DNA of 40,764 nucleotides from Lachnospiraceae bacterium (GCA_045533585.1 JAZSIB010000071.1:1-40764), one strand, 5' to 3'. Shown: positions 1 to 8,362, counted from the stretch's first letter. The notes: generated by a model from the sequence alone, not told the origin. Translations and numbers: made by a program.

Positions 1-381
1 AAGGTGTAGCATAAGAGAGGAGGGCATGAGTTGGAAGGGGGTACAAGGGGGAAAACCAGAAGGGGAGGAGAGAATGCGCGGGAGCGCTCTTTCCTCCCCT
101 ATGGGTGTCCCCCTTGGTTTATTTTCACGAATAAAAAAAGAAAGGAGACAACCAAGGGTAAGGGGGAGTGTTCGAGCGCGGCTCTCACGTCTCCCCACAT
201 AGCCAAGGGCAATCAATTGCCCACTGTTTTTCCCCTTTCCGTTACCCATCCCCCTCTGTTTGGCGTACTTGTAAGATATAGCTTACATTCTATCATTTTC
301 CTAAAATGGGATTCCAAAGGGATAGTATCCCTTTGGCGGGGTATGGGGCAGCGCCCCATAATAACTCCATCGGAGATACTA
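1..381. other. Unassigned non-coding, hairpin-dense G-rich block (possible structured RNA or element end); truncated by the window edge
   Basis: No ORF with an RBS on either strand. Seven successive stem-loops at 62-99, 111-158, 163-196, 207-222, 271-286, 314-336 and 343-359. AAGGG(G) occurs 7 times on the + strand. Identity unknown. Confidence 0.3.
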
Positions 382-1650
382 TTATTCTCCGTCAATTCTG
401 CGGCATTCCATATAGAACCGCTTATCGGCTGCGTGGCCCATCGAAAATGTCTTTCTCGGCAATGCACCATCCTTGATAACAGTCGGGAAGAGCTCGGATT
501 TCTGCATATCCGGGAGCAGAATACCCATACTGTTCGGAGACGCCGCGAGACGTTCCACAACATCTGCGCCGTGGATATAGTCAATCTTTCCGCCGTTTGC
601 CTTCAGCCATGCATCCAAGAAGCTCTGGACGCTGCCGACCGTCAGGTTCGAGGTCGGCTGATGGATATAATAGGTCGTCTTTGTGCCGTTCATCAGAATT
701 TCCATTGCCTGCGGTGCCTTTCCATCCGTCCGGAGATCGAGTGCCGCCGTCATGTCAGCGAGCAGCTTCGCGGCATCTACCTCGTTCAGAATCCGATGGA
801 TCGCTTCAAATTCCAGTGCGTCGCTATGGAGATTCACCAGCTCAACCAGTGCATAACGCATCGGACAGCCCTCGGTATCAGCATCCGGATTTGCAGCTTT
901 CCATTCCTCATAGAATGCCTTCGCGGTCGCGAGCGAATGGTTTCCGTCACCCATCGCATATACGAGCGGTGCCGTTCCCTCCGCGAAACTGGATGCGTCA
1001 CCCAGCGTGCAGAGTGCGTCCAGAATTTTTTCCTGTGCATCCGCCGGTACCAGCCAGCCGCGGATGGAACCGCCGCCCTGCATCAGCTCCGTATCATACA
1101 CCTTGGTCATCACATCAGTCTTCGCAGAAAGCGGCTCGATGACCGTTTTCTTGACATCATCCAGCAGAATCATGATATGCGGCAGCTCAATTTCTGCGCC
1201 GCGGCGAATCTTGACACGGGGAGGAATACGCTCTGCAACCGTTGCTTCCGTTGCACGTACCAGCGAGGTCGAGCCCTTGGTATAATCATACTGCTCAAGG
1301 TCAATCTTTCCTACGAGTCCGGCACGGCATTTCCCATCGCTCTGGATGCGCTCAAGATAAATCATCGCATTCTCATATTCCTCGAAGACCTCGTTTTTCA
1401 GGTATTCCTGCATCGTATCATGGATCTTGGTAATACGGTCTGCAACATCTGCATCCTCCAGATATACTTCGGGAAGAATCAGCCGGAGCGTGGATGGCTT
1501 CTGACCGACGATTGCATCGGTTTGTGCCCAGTATGCCGGTTCGCCCGTGTACTGGTCACACGCACAGACTGCCCATGCATCCGACATTGCAGATGTACGC
1601 GGCAGCAGAATATCCGCTGCACTGAATGCAGTTTTTTTGTTTTGGTTCAT
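382..1650 (-). CDS. DUF1015 domain-containing protein
   Basis: ORF 382..1827 trimmed to the ATG at 1650 (MNQNKKTAFSAADILLPR...). ACDQYTGEP, LVRATEATVAERIPPRV and PHIMILLDD resemble the DUF1015 family as I recall it. The 59 upstream codons are Cys/Phe-rich nonsense crossing the divergent promoter and the NUDIX start. The gene is GC-rich compared with most of the window. Confidence 0.7.
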   Translation of the reverse strand: MNQNKKTAFSAADILLPRTSAMSDAWAVCACDQYTGEPAYWAQTDAIVGQKPSTLRLILPEVYLEDADVADRITKIHDTMQEYLKNEVFEEYENAMIYLERIQSDGKCRAGLVGKIDLEQYDYTKGSTSLVRATEATVAERIPPRVKIRRGAEIELPHIMILLDDVKKTVIEPLSAKTDVMTKVYDTELMQGGGSIRGWLVPADAQEKILDALCTLGDASSFAEGTAPLVYAMGDGNHSLATAKAFYEEWKAANPDADTEGCPMRYALVELVNLHSDALEFEAIHRILNEVDAAKLLADMTAALDLRTDGKAPQAMEILMNGTKTTYYIHQPTSNLTVGSVQSFLDAWLKANGGKIDYIHGADVVERLAASPNSMGILLPDMQKSELFPTVIKDGALPRKTFSMGHAADKRFYMECRRIDGE

Positions 1651-1722
1651 TAAGAATACCAGCCTTTCTGCGGAAGATTCCGCGTTTTCTGAAAATAGGG
1701 ATAGAAAAATACAAAAAAGGTG

Positions 1723-1751
1723 TTTACAAATCAGCGGTTTTGTGCTATAAT
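1723..1751 (+). promoter_or_regulatory. Sigma-A-type promoter for the NUDIX gene
   Basis: TTTACA (1723-1728), 17-nt spacer, TATAAT (1746-1751), preceded by TGc (extended -10). It lies 48 nt upstream of the ATG at 1800. Confidence 0.55.
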
Positions 1752-1799
1752 AATCATAACAACATCCGCATTGAAACCATATCAGAAAGGATCTTTTGA

Positions 1800-2222
1800 A
1801 TGCTGCACGAAAAATCCTGCGGCGCAATCGTATATCGGCGGTTTCATGGCAACATCGAAATCCTGCTGATTAAACACGTTAACAGCGGTCACTGGTCATT
1901 CCCCAAAGGTCATGTGGAAGAAAATGAAACCGAGCTGGAAACAGCACGGCGTGAAATCAAGGAGGAAACCAATCTCGATGTCATCTTAGACCAGACATTC
2001 CGGGAAACGGTTACCTACTCCCCGAAACGCGACACCCAGAAGGTTGTCGTCTATTTCCTCGCCCTCGCACGAAACTATGATTTCGTTCCCCAGGAGGAGG
2101 AAATCGCGGAAATCCGCTGGGTTGATATCGTTCACGCAACCAATCTTCTGACCTATGAAAATGATAAGACCATTGTCAACAAGGCACGCGCCGCGATTAA
2201 GCTGAACAATCACAGTATGTGA
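1800..2222 (+). CDS. NUDIX hydrolase (Ap4A-hydrolase-like)
   Basis: Nudix box GHVEENETELETARREIKEETNL fits GX5EX7REUXEEXGU. Size is 140 aa. AAAGGA lies upstream of the ATG. Confidence 0.9.
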   Translation: MLHEKSCGAIVYRRFHGNIEILLIKHVNSGHWSFPKGHVEENETELETARREIKEETNLDVILDQTFRETVTYSPKRDTQKVVVYFLALARNYDFVPQEEEIAEIRWVDIVHATNLLTYENDKTIVNKARAAIKLNNHSM

Positions 2223-2250
2223 TGGTTTCAGCCCAAAATCCATACCTTTG

Positions 2251-2289
2251 AGAAAGCGTCTGGCAGATATGCCGGGCTCTTTCTTTTTT
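2251..2289 (+). terminator. Rho-independent terminator after the NUDIX gene
   Basis: Arms 2251-2264 and 2271-2284 pair at 13 of 14 positions (1 mismatch, 2 G-U) around loop AGATAT, followed by TTTTT at 2285-2289. It overlaps the last codons of the convergent HAD gene. Confidence 0.5.
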
Positions 2290-3148
2290 ATCCGGATACT
2301 TCTGCGGCGTTTTGAAAGCGTGCACAGGCTTCCTCTTTCCAGTCCGCGAAAAATCCGTCTGCACAGGTCTTTTCCGAACAATACCCGCCGACTTCGGCAA
2401 TCGCTTCCAGCACAGACGGCTGGGAATCCGCCGGACATCCGGCATAGTCCGCCGCTTTCAGCATCAGGATATCATTATCGAAATCTCCGCTCGCGCCGAT
2501 TTTTGCACCCTCCGGAAGCAGCTTTCGCAATTCTGCCAATGCCGAGCCTTTCGATACGCCCTGCGGCAGAATCTCCAGAAAATGGGGATTGGATTTCGTA
2601 ATCATAATGTCCGTAAGCCCAAGACGCCCGACATATGCAAGCATCTGATCAATCACATCTTCTGCCGCAGCACAAAGCGATTTACAGCAGAGCTCTGCCG
2701 GACATTCTTTCAGTGTACGGAACACGGGCGTAATCTTCGTAATCCGAAGATGCATCCGTTCATACTCGCCATCCTGTATGACATACACGCCCTCCTCGTT
2801 CAGCAGCTCGACGCCAGCATCGGGAAACCGTACCATCAGATCCTCCAGCAATGCATTCACAGTCGCCGGCAGACGGCTTGACATCCGTACTTCTTCTGCG
2901 TCCGCGTCATAAAGCATCACACCGTTATATAAAATCGCCGGAAAGTCCGGCTGTAACAGCGCCAGATATTCCTTTGTTGCCTGTAAGCCGCGTCCGGTCG
3001 CAATGCCGAATAATCCACCCTTTGCACGAAAATCTGCAATCGCTTCCGCGTCCGCCGCCGACAATCGCTTATCGGGCAGCAGCAGTGTGCCATCCAGATC
3101 GGTGATCAGTACCAAACCCTGATAGGGCATATCCTGTTTCATTTTCAT
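2288..3148 (-). CDS. Cof-type HAD-IIB family phosphatase
   Basis: Motifs DLDGTLL (motif I), GIATGRG and GDFDNDILML (motif IV). The ATG at 3148 overlaps the rluD stop (ATGA). The ATG at 3142 has better GAGGG spacing, so the start is uncertain by 2 codons. Confidence 0.85.
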   Translation of the reverse strand: MKMKQDMPYQGLVLITDLDGTLLLPDKRLSAADAEAIADFRAKGGLFGIATGRGLQATKEYLALLQPDFPAILYNGVMLYDADAEEVRMSSRLPATVNALLEDLMVRFPDAGVELLNEEGVYVIQDGEYERMHLRITKITPVFRTLKECPAELCCKSLCAAAEDVIDQMLAYVGRLGLTDIMITKSNPHFLEILPQGVSKGSALAELRKLLPEGAKIGASGDFDNDILMLKAADYAGCPADSQPSVLEAIAEVGGYCSEKTCADGFFADWKEEACARFQNAAEVSG

Positions 3149-4062
3149 TCCCTCTCAGCTTTTCTCAGTATTTGTGTGAAATATTCCGGAAGCGGACTGT
3201 CGAACAATAATGTTTCTCCGCTCACCGGATGGACAAAGCCAATTTTTCTTGCGTGAAGACACTGTCCCTCGACACCCTTGACTGCCTTGCCATAGACCGC
3301 GTCCCCATAAATCGGATGACCGAGATACCGCATATGCACACGAATCTGATGGGTACGTCCTGTTTCTAGCCGACATTCTATATAACTGTACTTTCCTTGG
3401 AATTCCTCCAAAACACGGTAATTGGTTATTGCCGGTTTTCCGTTTTTCTCGTTAATTGCCATTTTTTTGCGATCAACAGGACTTCTACCGATTGGTGCTT
3501 CGATTCTTCCTTCTTTTTCTTTAAATATACCATGAGTAATTGCATGGTATATACGTTTTCCACTGTGTGCTTTTAGCTGCTCTGCGATACTCTTGTGCGC
3601 AGTATCATTTTTACACACAATTAAGATACCTGTTGTATCTTTATCAATTCGATGTACAATTCCGGGACGTAATACGCCATTGATCCCTGAAAGATTATCT
3701 TTGCAATGAAAAAGTAAGGCGTTTACGAGTGTGCCATTCATATGTCCCGGAGCAGGATGGACTACCATATCCTTCGGTTTATTGACAATAATAATATCTT
3801 CATCCTCGTATACAATATCCAAAGGAATGTTTTCGGGAACTATATTTAAAGGCATGGGTTCAGGCAACAAAAAACGGATACACTCCCCCTCTGAAAGTTT
3901 GTAATTACATTTGACTGTTTTATCGTTTACTGTAACACTGCCATCTGTAATTAATTTCTGAATATAGGTTCTGGAATGTTCCGTTTCATAGTCTGCCAGA
4001 TACCGGTCAATTCGAGTATCTGCATCTGATTCATCAACATAATAGATTTTTTCGTAATTCAT
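3145..4062 (-). CDS. rluD: 23S rRNA pseudouridine synthase, RluA/RluD family
   Basis: S4-like N-terminal domain and catalytic motif HRIDKDTTGILIVCKN. Size 305 aa. It sits directly after lspA, as in Bacillus. Confidence 0.9.
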   Translation of the reverse strand: MNYEKIYYVDESDADTRIDRYLADYETEHSRTYIQKLITDGSVTVNDKTVKCNYKLSEGECIRFLLPEPMPLNIVPENIPLDIVYEDEDIIIVNKPKDMVVHPAPGHMNGTLVNALLFHCKDNLSGINGVLRPGIVHRIDKDTTGILIVCKNDTAHKSIAEQLKAHSGKRIYHAITHGIFKEKEGRIEAPIGRSPVDRKKMAINEKNGKPAITNYRVLEEFQGKYSYIECRLETGRTHQIRVHMRYLGHPIYGDAVYGKAVKGVEGQCLHARKIGFVHPVSGETLLFDSPLPEYFTQILRKAERE

Positions 4063-4076
4063 ACAAAATCCTGCAA

Positions 4077-4625
4077 CTATTCTTGCTCAGAGTTTACTTT
4101 TTTGAAGCTGAGAAAGTTCAAATCGTTATCGTCATATTTGAAAATAATCAAATAACTTAGTACAAAAACAGAAACTGTAACATAACAATCCGCGATATTA
4201 AACACCGGGAAATTGATTAGTTCAACATAAAGAAAATCGGTTACATAATTCAAACAAATGCGATCAATTAAATTGCCGATTGCACCTGCAAAGATAAAGG
4301 TTATGATAAGCAGTAAGGCGGAATATTTTTTCGTGTCAGGAATTCTAAAATATATAAATATAATCAATGCCAATATAATAAATGTAGCAATGGTAAGATA
4401 TAATACAGAATTCTTTGTGCCACTCAAAAATCCCCACACTGCACCATCATTTTTATGAAGAACAAAACGAAACACACCCGGAATGAGTGCAAAATCACTT
4501 CCGTCTGCAAATGCAATGCGAACAATGTATTTGGAAATTTGATCAATAAGAATCAAAACGACTGCGTAAAACAGATGACGCAGACGTTTGATGTTGCTAT
4601 TGGCAAAGGAAATGTTGTTACTCAT
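4077..4625 (-). CDS. lspA: Lipoprotein signal peptidase (signal peptidase II)
   Basis: Four-TM protein with NDGAVWGF and FNIADCYV motifs. Start moved to the ATG at 4625 (GGAGG upstream). It overlaps the divIVA stop by 8 nt. Confidence 0.85.
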   Translation of the reverse strand: MSNNISFANSNIKRLRHLFYAVVLILIDQISKYIVRIAFADGSDFALIPGVFRFVLHKNDGAVWGFLSGTKNSVLYLTIATFIILALIIFIYFRIPDTKKYSALLLIITFIFAGAIGNLIDRICLNYVTDFLYVELINFPVFNIADCYVTVSVFVLSYLIIFKYDDNDLNFLSFKKVNSEQE

Positions 4626-5268
4626 CCTCTTCCTCCAGATTAATAAACGATAATTCTTCCTGTCCCTCAATTACGTCAGATACTGACGGTTTATCATCAT
4701 CCAGATACCGGTCAAGATCTACCAGCGGATTGTTCCAAAACTCTTCACTGTTTACGCGGTCCTCTGCCGGTTTTTCTTCTTCTGCCGGTTCACCGAGCAA
4801 TTCATCTACATTCGCAACACTTAAGCCGAAGCTTTCGCTTTCAATCAACTCAATCTGCGCCTGTGCAAGATTCTTAAACTGTGCACGGTACATCTCATAC
4901 TGCTGCATCAGTTTCATCGTTTGTTTGTGAATCTTTGTAAGTTCATTCTTGGCATCACCTAAGACAATCTGATACTTTAACTGAGCTTCTTTCTCAATGC
5001 GTTTTGCTTCTTTTTGTGCAAGCTGTTTCGTATCCTCTGCTGTTTTTTCGGCTAACACCAAGGCTTTCTGCAAAGTCTTTTCAATGTACTTATACTGTTG
5101 TAATGCATCTGTAAGAGAAGAAATCTTATCCTTTAAATCTACGTTTTCTCTATAAATAGTTTCGTAACTGGATAACAATTCTTTCATGAACTGGTCTACA
5201 TCACGTTTGTCATAGCCGAGTCCACCGGACTTAAAGGACTTATTTTGTATTTCAATCGGTGTAATCAT
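4618..5268 (-). CDS. divIVA: DivIVA domain cell-division protein
   Basis: Canonical N-terminus MITPIEIQNKSFKSGGLGYDKRDVDQFM, followed by coiled-coil sequence and an acidic tail. Confidence 0.85.
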   Translation of the reverse strand: MITPIEIQNKSFKSGGLGYDKRDVDQFMKELLSSYETIYRENVDLKDKISSLTDALQQYKYIEKTLQKALVLAEKTAEDTKQLAQKEAKRIEKEAQLKYQIVLGDAKNELTKIHKQTMKLMQQYEMYRAQFKNLAQAQIELIESESFGLSVANVDELLGEPAEEEKPAEDRVNSEEFWNNPLVDLDRYLDDDKPSVSDVIEGQEELSFINLEEEDE

Positions 5269-5298
5269 ATGTGGCCTCCTAAGTTAATAAAACACAGA

Positions 5299-5874
5299 TT
5301 AAAAGCCTTTTGAAATCGTAGGAGCATTGCCGCCAAGGCTTTGGGATAAAAGCGTCTCAACATCACCGGAAATCGTTACAGACTCTGGGGAGACAAGATA
5401 AATACGCTTTGCAATGGTATTCAGAGTTCCGTTGATCGCATAAACAGTACCGGACACAAAATCCATAATACGCTGTGCCAGTTCGTCATCAAAATCCTCA
5501 AGATTAATTACAACGGCTGTTCCGCCAACTAAAATATCACTGATATCCTGGCAATCCGAAAATGCAGTAGGCTTTGATACATATAAGCCTAATTCTTCAC
5601 GGAAACTACTGTTGCGAAACTGCACTACCTTCCCCTTATCCTGAGAAACCTTTGCACGTCTTTCTTCCAGTGTTGTGATATTACGGCTTGAAGCAGGCTC
5701 CTGTACCGATGCTTTGATATCACTGGTACGGTTTTTATATACAGGTTCAGATGCAAGCTGTCTCTCGTTGCGTTTGTTATCTTTTTCTTCCTGCTCACTT
5801 AAGTATGCTTCGTAGTCATCATCTTCTTCCGAAAATTTCATGGAATCCAGAAAATTCTTAAAAAATCCCGCCAT
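5299..5874 (-). CDS. sepF: Cell division protein SepF
   Basis: C-terminal SepF core VVINLEDFDDELAQRIMDFVSGTVYAINGTLNTIAKRIYLVSP. AGGAGG RBS. Positioned between yggS and divIVA. Confidence 0.85.
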   Translation of the reverse strand: MAGFFKNFLDSMKFSEEDDDYEAYLSEQEEKDNKRNERQLASEPVYKNRTSDIKASVQEPASSRNITTLEERRAKVSQDKGKVVQFRNSSFREELGLYVSKPTAFSDCQDISDILVGGTAVVINLEDFDDELAQRIMDFVSGTVYAINGTLNTIAKRIYLVSPESVTISGDVETLLSQSLGGNAPTISKGF

Positions 5875-5891
5875 AGCAACCTCCTAATTTT

Positions 5892-6578
5892 CTATCGTTT
5901 GCCAAAAATCGAAGTTCCGACACGCACCATGGTTGCCCCCTCTTCGATTGCAATTTCAAAGTCGCCGGACATGCCCATCGACAAAACGTTCATAGATACA
6001 TTATCAATGTTTTTATTTCTGATGTCAACCGATAATTGCTTCATCTGCTGAAAATATATGCGGTTACTTTCCGGGGTTTCCGTATAGGGTGCAATCGTCA
6101 TCAGTCCTTGAATACGAAGGTTTGGTAAAGCGGCGATTCGAATCACATCTTCTACTACCTGAGCGGGGGGATAACCAAATTTGCTCTCCTCACCTGCCAT
6201 ATTTACTTCCAGCAAAACGGAAACAGTTTTCTCCTGTTTTACCGCTTCATTGCTGATGGTAAGTGCCAGTTCATAGCTGTCAACCGAATGAATCATATAT
6301 GCATAACGTACTGCTTGCTTTACTTTGTTTTTCTGTAGATGACCAATCATATGCCAACGGATATCATCCGGTAATACTTGTGCCTTTTCTGAGAGCTCCT
6401 GTACACGGTTTTCGCCAAAGTCACGAATACCATACTGATATGCTTCCTCTAATAATTCAATTGGCTTTGTTTTGCTGACGGCAATAAGTAAAACCTCATC
6501 CTGAGCTCGCTTGCCCAAGTTACATGCTGCAGAAACACGGGTTTCTATTTGATTCAGATTATCACATATATAGCTCAT
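5892..6578 (-). CDS. yggS: YggS/YlmE family pyridoxal-phosphate homeostasis protein
   Basis: Alanine-racemase-fold N-terminus with the PLP lysine in LIAVSKTKP. Size 228 aa. AAGGAG RBS. Confidence 0.9.
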   Translation of the reverse strand: MSYICDNLNQIETRVSAACNLGKRAQDEVLLIAVSKTKPIELLEEAYQYGIRDFGENRVQELSEKAQVLPDDIRWHMIGHLQKNKVKQAVRYAYMIHSVDSYELALTISNEAVKQEKTVSVLLEVNMAGEESKFGYPPAQVVEDVIRIAALPNLRIQGLMTIAPYTETPESNRIYFQQMKQLSVDIRNKNIDNVSMNVLSMGMSGDFEIAIEEGATMVRVGTSIFGKR

Positions 6579-6603
6579 AAGTGCTCCTTTATCTTTTACT
6601 CTC

Positions 6604-7989
6604 TTAGTAGATGATACCGGAATCTACTGCGGTATCTGCATCCAGAGCAATGTGGTCATAGAGTTTGAGACCATACTCTGTATTTTCTTTAATCAGACAG
6701 TATTCATCATTCTGCGTAATACGCTCGATGCGTCGGAATAATGCATATCCTTTGTTAATATTGTATACACCTTCAAGACTTTCCTTCAGTTCGATCGTAT
6801 ACATAGAAAAGGTGTCCGGGTAAAGAACATTTTGACCGAGTTCAAACTCGGAAGGGTCAATATAGTAATAAAGACCGTCATCATAATATATCGTACTTGC
6901 TTTGAAAACATAGTCAGCGGCTCCGGTTTCCGGGTCGATTACCTCAACCAAAAGACCGAGCTGATTTTGATTCCCTTTCGTAAAATATTGTTTTGGAACA
7001 ACATAAAAATCCTTTTGGGTAATAGACGTCAAAGGAATCTTGAATCCCTCTGTGGTCTGCCAATACAGCTCTATCGAAAGAAAACGTTCATCCAGATAGT
7101 TTTGTACAAATTCATTCATATATATAAGCGCATACGACTGCTCACCAATCTCAATCAAATCAAAGTCCGCAGACGCATGAAAACCATCTTCGCAAATCGT
7201 AAATTCTATCTTATCTAAAGTGCTGAGTGATTTCTTCTGTGCTTCGTTTAATTCGCATAAAATCTGCCATTGATCACTGGTAATATACTTTACAACCGGT
7301 TTTTCTGCCTCAATCATAGATTTTCTGTTTTCATACTCAGAATAGCTTTCCGCAAGTGCGAAGTCAGAAGGACGAACTGTGGAAAGCTGAACCCCGCAAA
7401 GCGGATCGGTGTTATATGAAATCAGGCCGGAAGCCTCCGCATAATAAAAATGCAGGGTATCCGGTACCGAATCAGGAATAGACTCCGTAATAACGGATAT
7501 GGAGAACTGATTGGATAATTCCTGAACCGTGTTTTGTATTGTATCTGAAAAATTAGCCAATTCCCGGTAATTTTCCAACCGGTCATCCTGCTTGTAGGAT
7601 TGTATTACTTTATTGATGTAGGAAGCATCATATTCAGAAATACCGTCTTTGAGTGTTGTATTGGTCAGCAAATCATAATATGTTTTGGTTTCGTCGATAG
7701 AAAACAGGACAGAATCTTTTGCCACGCGTGTATTATCCGGAAAATAATAATTCAGATAGCCGGAATGACTTGCGTTAATAACCTGCTCTTCTCTTAAAAT
7801 AAGACCGTTTACAATATTGTCTTGTGAAAAGGTTTCTTTTTTTACTTCATATATTTTTAAATGGGATTTTGTAAAATAATTGACCACCAAAATGCCTAAG
7901 TATATTAGTATGAAAATAAATATAACAATACCTATGTTCATACCTTTTTTATATTTTTTCAGGTTTTCAACCTTTTTACTTCTTTTCAA
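6604..7989 (-). CDS. Membrane-anchored HlyD-family-like (barrel-sandwich) protein, function unknown
   Basis: Single N-terminal TM (IGIVIFIFILIYLGILVV). A lipoyl-like segment (VNGLILREEQVINASHSGYLNYYFPDNTRVAKDSVLFSID) and a C-terminal beta-rich domain. The TTG start at 7989 has AGGAG 7 nt upstream. First gene of the yggS-sepF-divIVA unit. Confidence 0.45.
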   Translation of the reverse strand: MKRSKKVENLKKYKKGMNIGIVIFIFILIYLGILVVNYFTKSHLKIYEVKKETFSQDNIVNGLILREEQVINASHSGYLNYYFPDNTRVAKDSVLFSIDETKTYYDLLTNTTLKDGISEYDASYINKVIQSYKQDDRLENYRELANFSDTIQNTVQELSNQFSISVITESIPDSVPDTLHFYYAEASGLISYNTDPLCGVQLSTVRPSDFALAESYSEYENRKSMIEAEKPVVKYITSDQWQILCELNEAQKKSLSTLDKIEFTICEDGFHASADFDLIEIGEQSYALIYMNEFVQNYLDERFLSIELYWQTTEGFKIPLTSITQKDFYVVPKQYFTKGNQNQLGLLVEVIDPETGAADYVFKASTIYYDDGLYYYIDPSEFELGQNVLYPDTFSMYTIELKESLEGVYNINKGYALFRRIERITQNDEYCLIKENTEYGLKLYDHIALDADTAVDSGIIY

Positions 7990-8020
7990 AATGAACTCCT
8001 ACATATGTGTATAAAACACA

Positions 8021-8050
8021 ATTATACGGTTATACTTAATACAGTAACAA
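8021..8050 (-). promoter_or_regulatory. Candidate promoter of the HlyD-like/yggS/sepF/divIVA/lspA/rluD unit
   Basis: Minus strand reads TTGTTA (8050-8045), 18-nt spacer, TATAAT (8026-8021). It lies about 30 nt upstream of the TTG start. Confidence 0.45.
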
Positions 8051-8140
8051 AATAAAATGTGTGAAAACTCACACGACTGGTTTGTGTCTGCGCTGAACAC
8101 AAATACGGAAATAAAACACAGCGCAGAAACGAGGGCTTTT

Positions 8141-8347
8141 ATGAAAATTATCGACTATATTGCACATTTACTTATTGTCGTTGGTGCAATAAACTGGGGA
8201 CTTGTCGGATTTTTCAAATTTGATCTGGTTCAATTCATTTTTGGAGACATGACACTGTTAAGCAGAATTATCTTTGCACTGGTAGGTATCGCAGGTCTTT
8301 ATGCTATCAGCTTTTTCGGAAGAATTCGTTCCGGTATGGAGGACTAA
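8141..8347 (+). CDS. DUF378 domain-containing membrane protein
   Basis: Trimmed to the ATG at 8141 (MKIIDYIAHLLIVVGAINWGLVGFFKFDLV...). The INWGLVG motif and two TM helices are typical of DUF378. GAGGG RBS. Confidence 0.75.
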   Translation: MKIIDYIAHLLIVVGAINWGLVGFFKFDLVQFIFGDMTLLSRIIFALVGIAGLYAISFFGRIRSGMED

Positions 8348-8362
8348 ACAAATATCAATACT

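Noticed and set aside
213-584. 123-aa minus-strand ORF spanning the DUF1015 3' end and the non-coding block
   Set aside because: It is out of frame with and overlapping DUF1015. It has no RBS and no recognisable motif, and it runs through the hairpin array.
31-1653. 540-aa + strand ORF, the longest ORF in the left part of the window
   Set aside because: It is entirely antisense to the DUF1015 gene and starts at a TTG with no RBS. The sequence is Arg/Cys/His/Ile-rich and low-complexity, with no recognisable motif. Long stop-free antisense frames are expected in GC-rich coding DNA.
1651-1827. 59-codon N-terminal extension of the DUF1015 ORF
   Set aside because: It reads as Cys/Phe-rich nonsense, crosses the divergent promoter and overlaps the NUDIX start. 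The ATG at 1650 begins a family-like N-terminus.
8057-8140. 28-codon extension of the DUF378 ORF
   Set aside because: It is not hydrophobic or family-like and covers the leader hairpins. The ATG at 8141 has a GAGGG RBS and starts the conserved DUF378 sequence.
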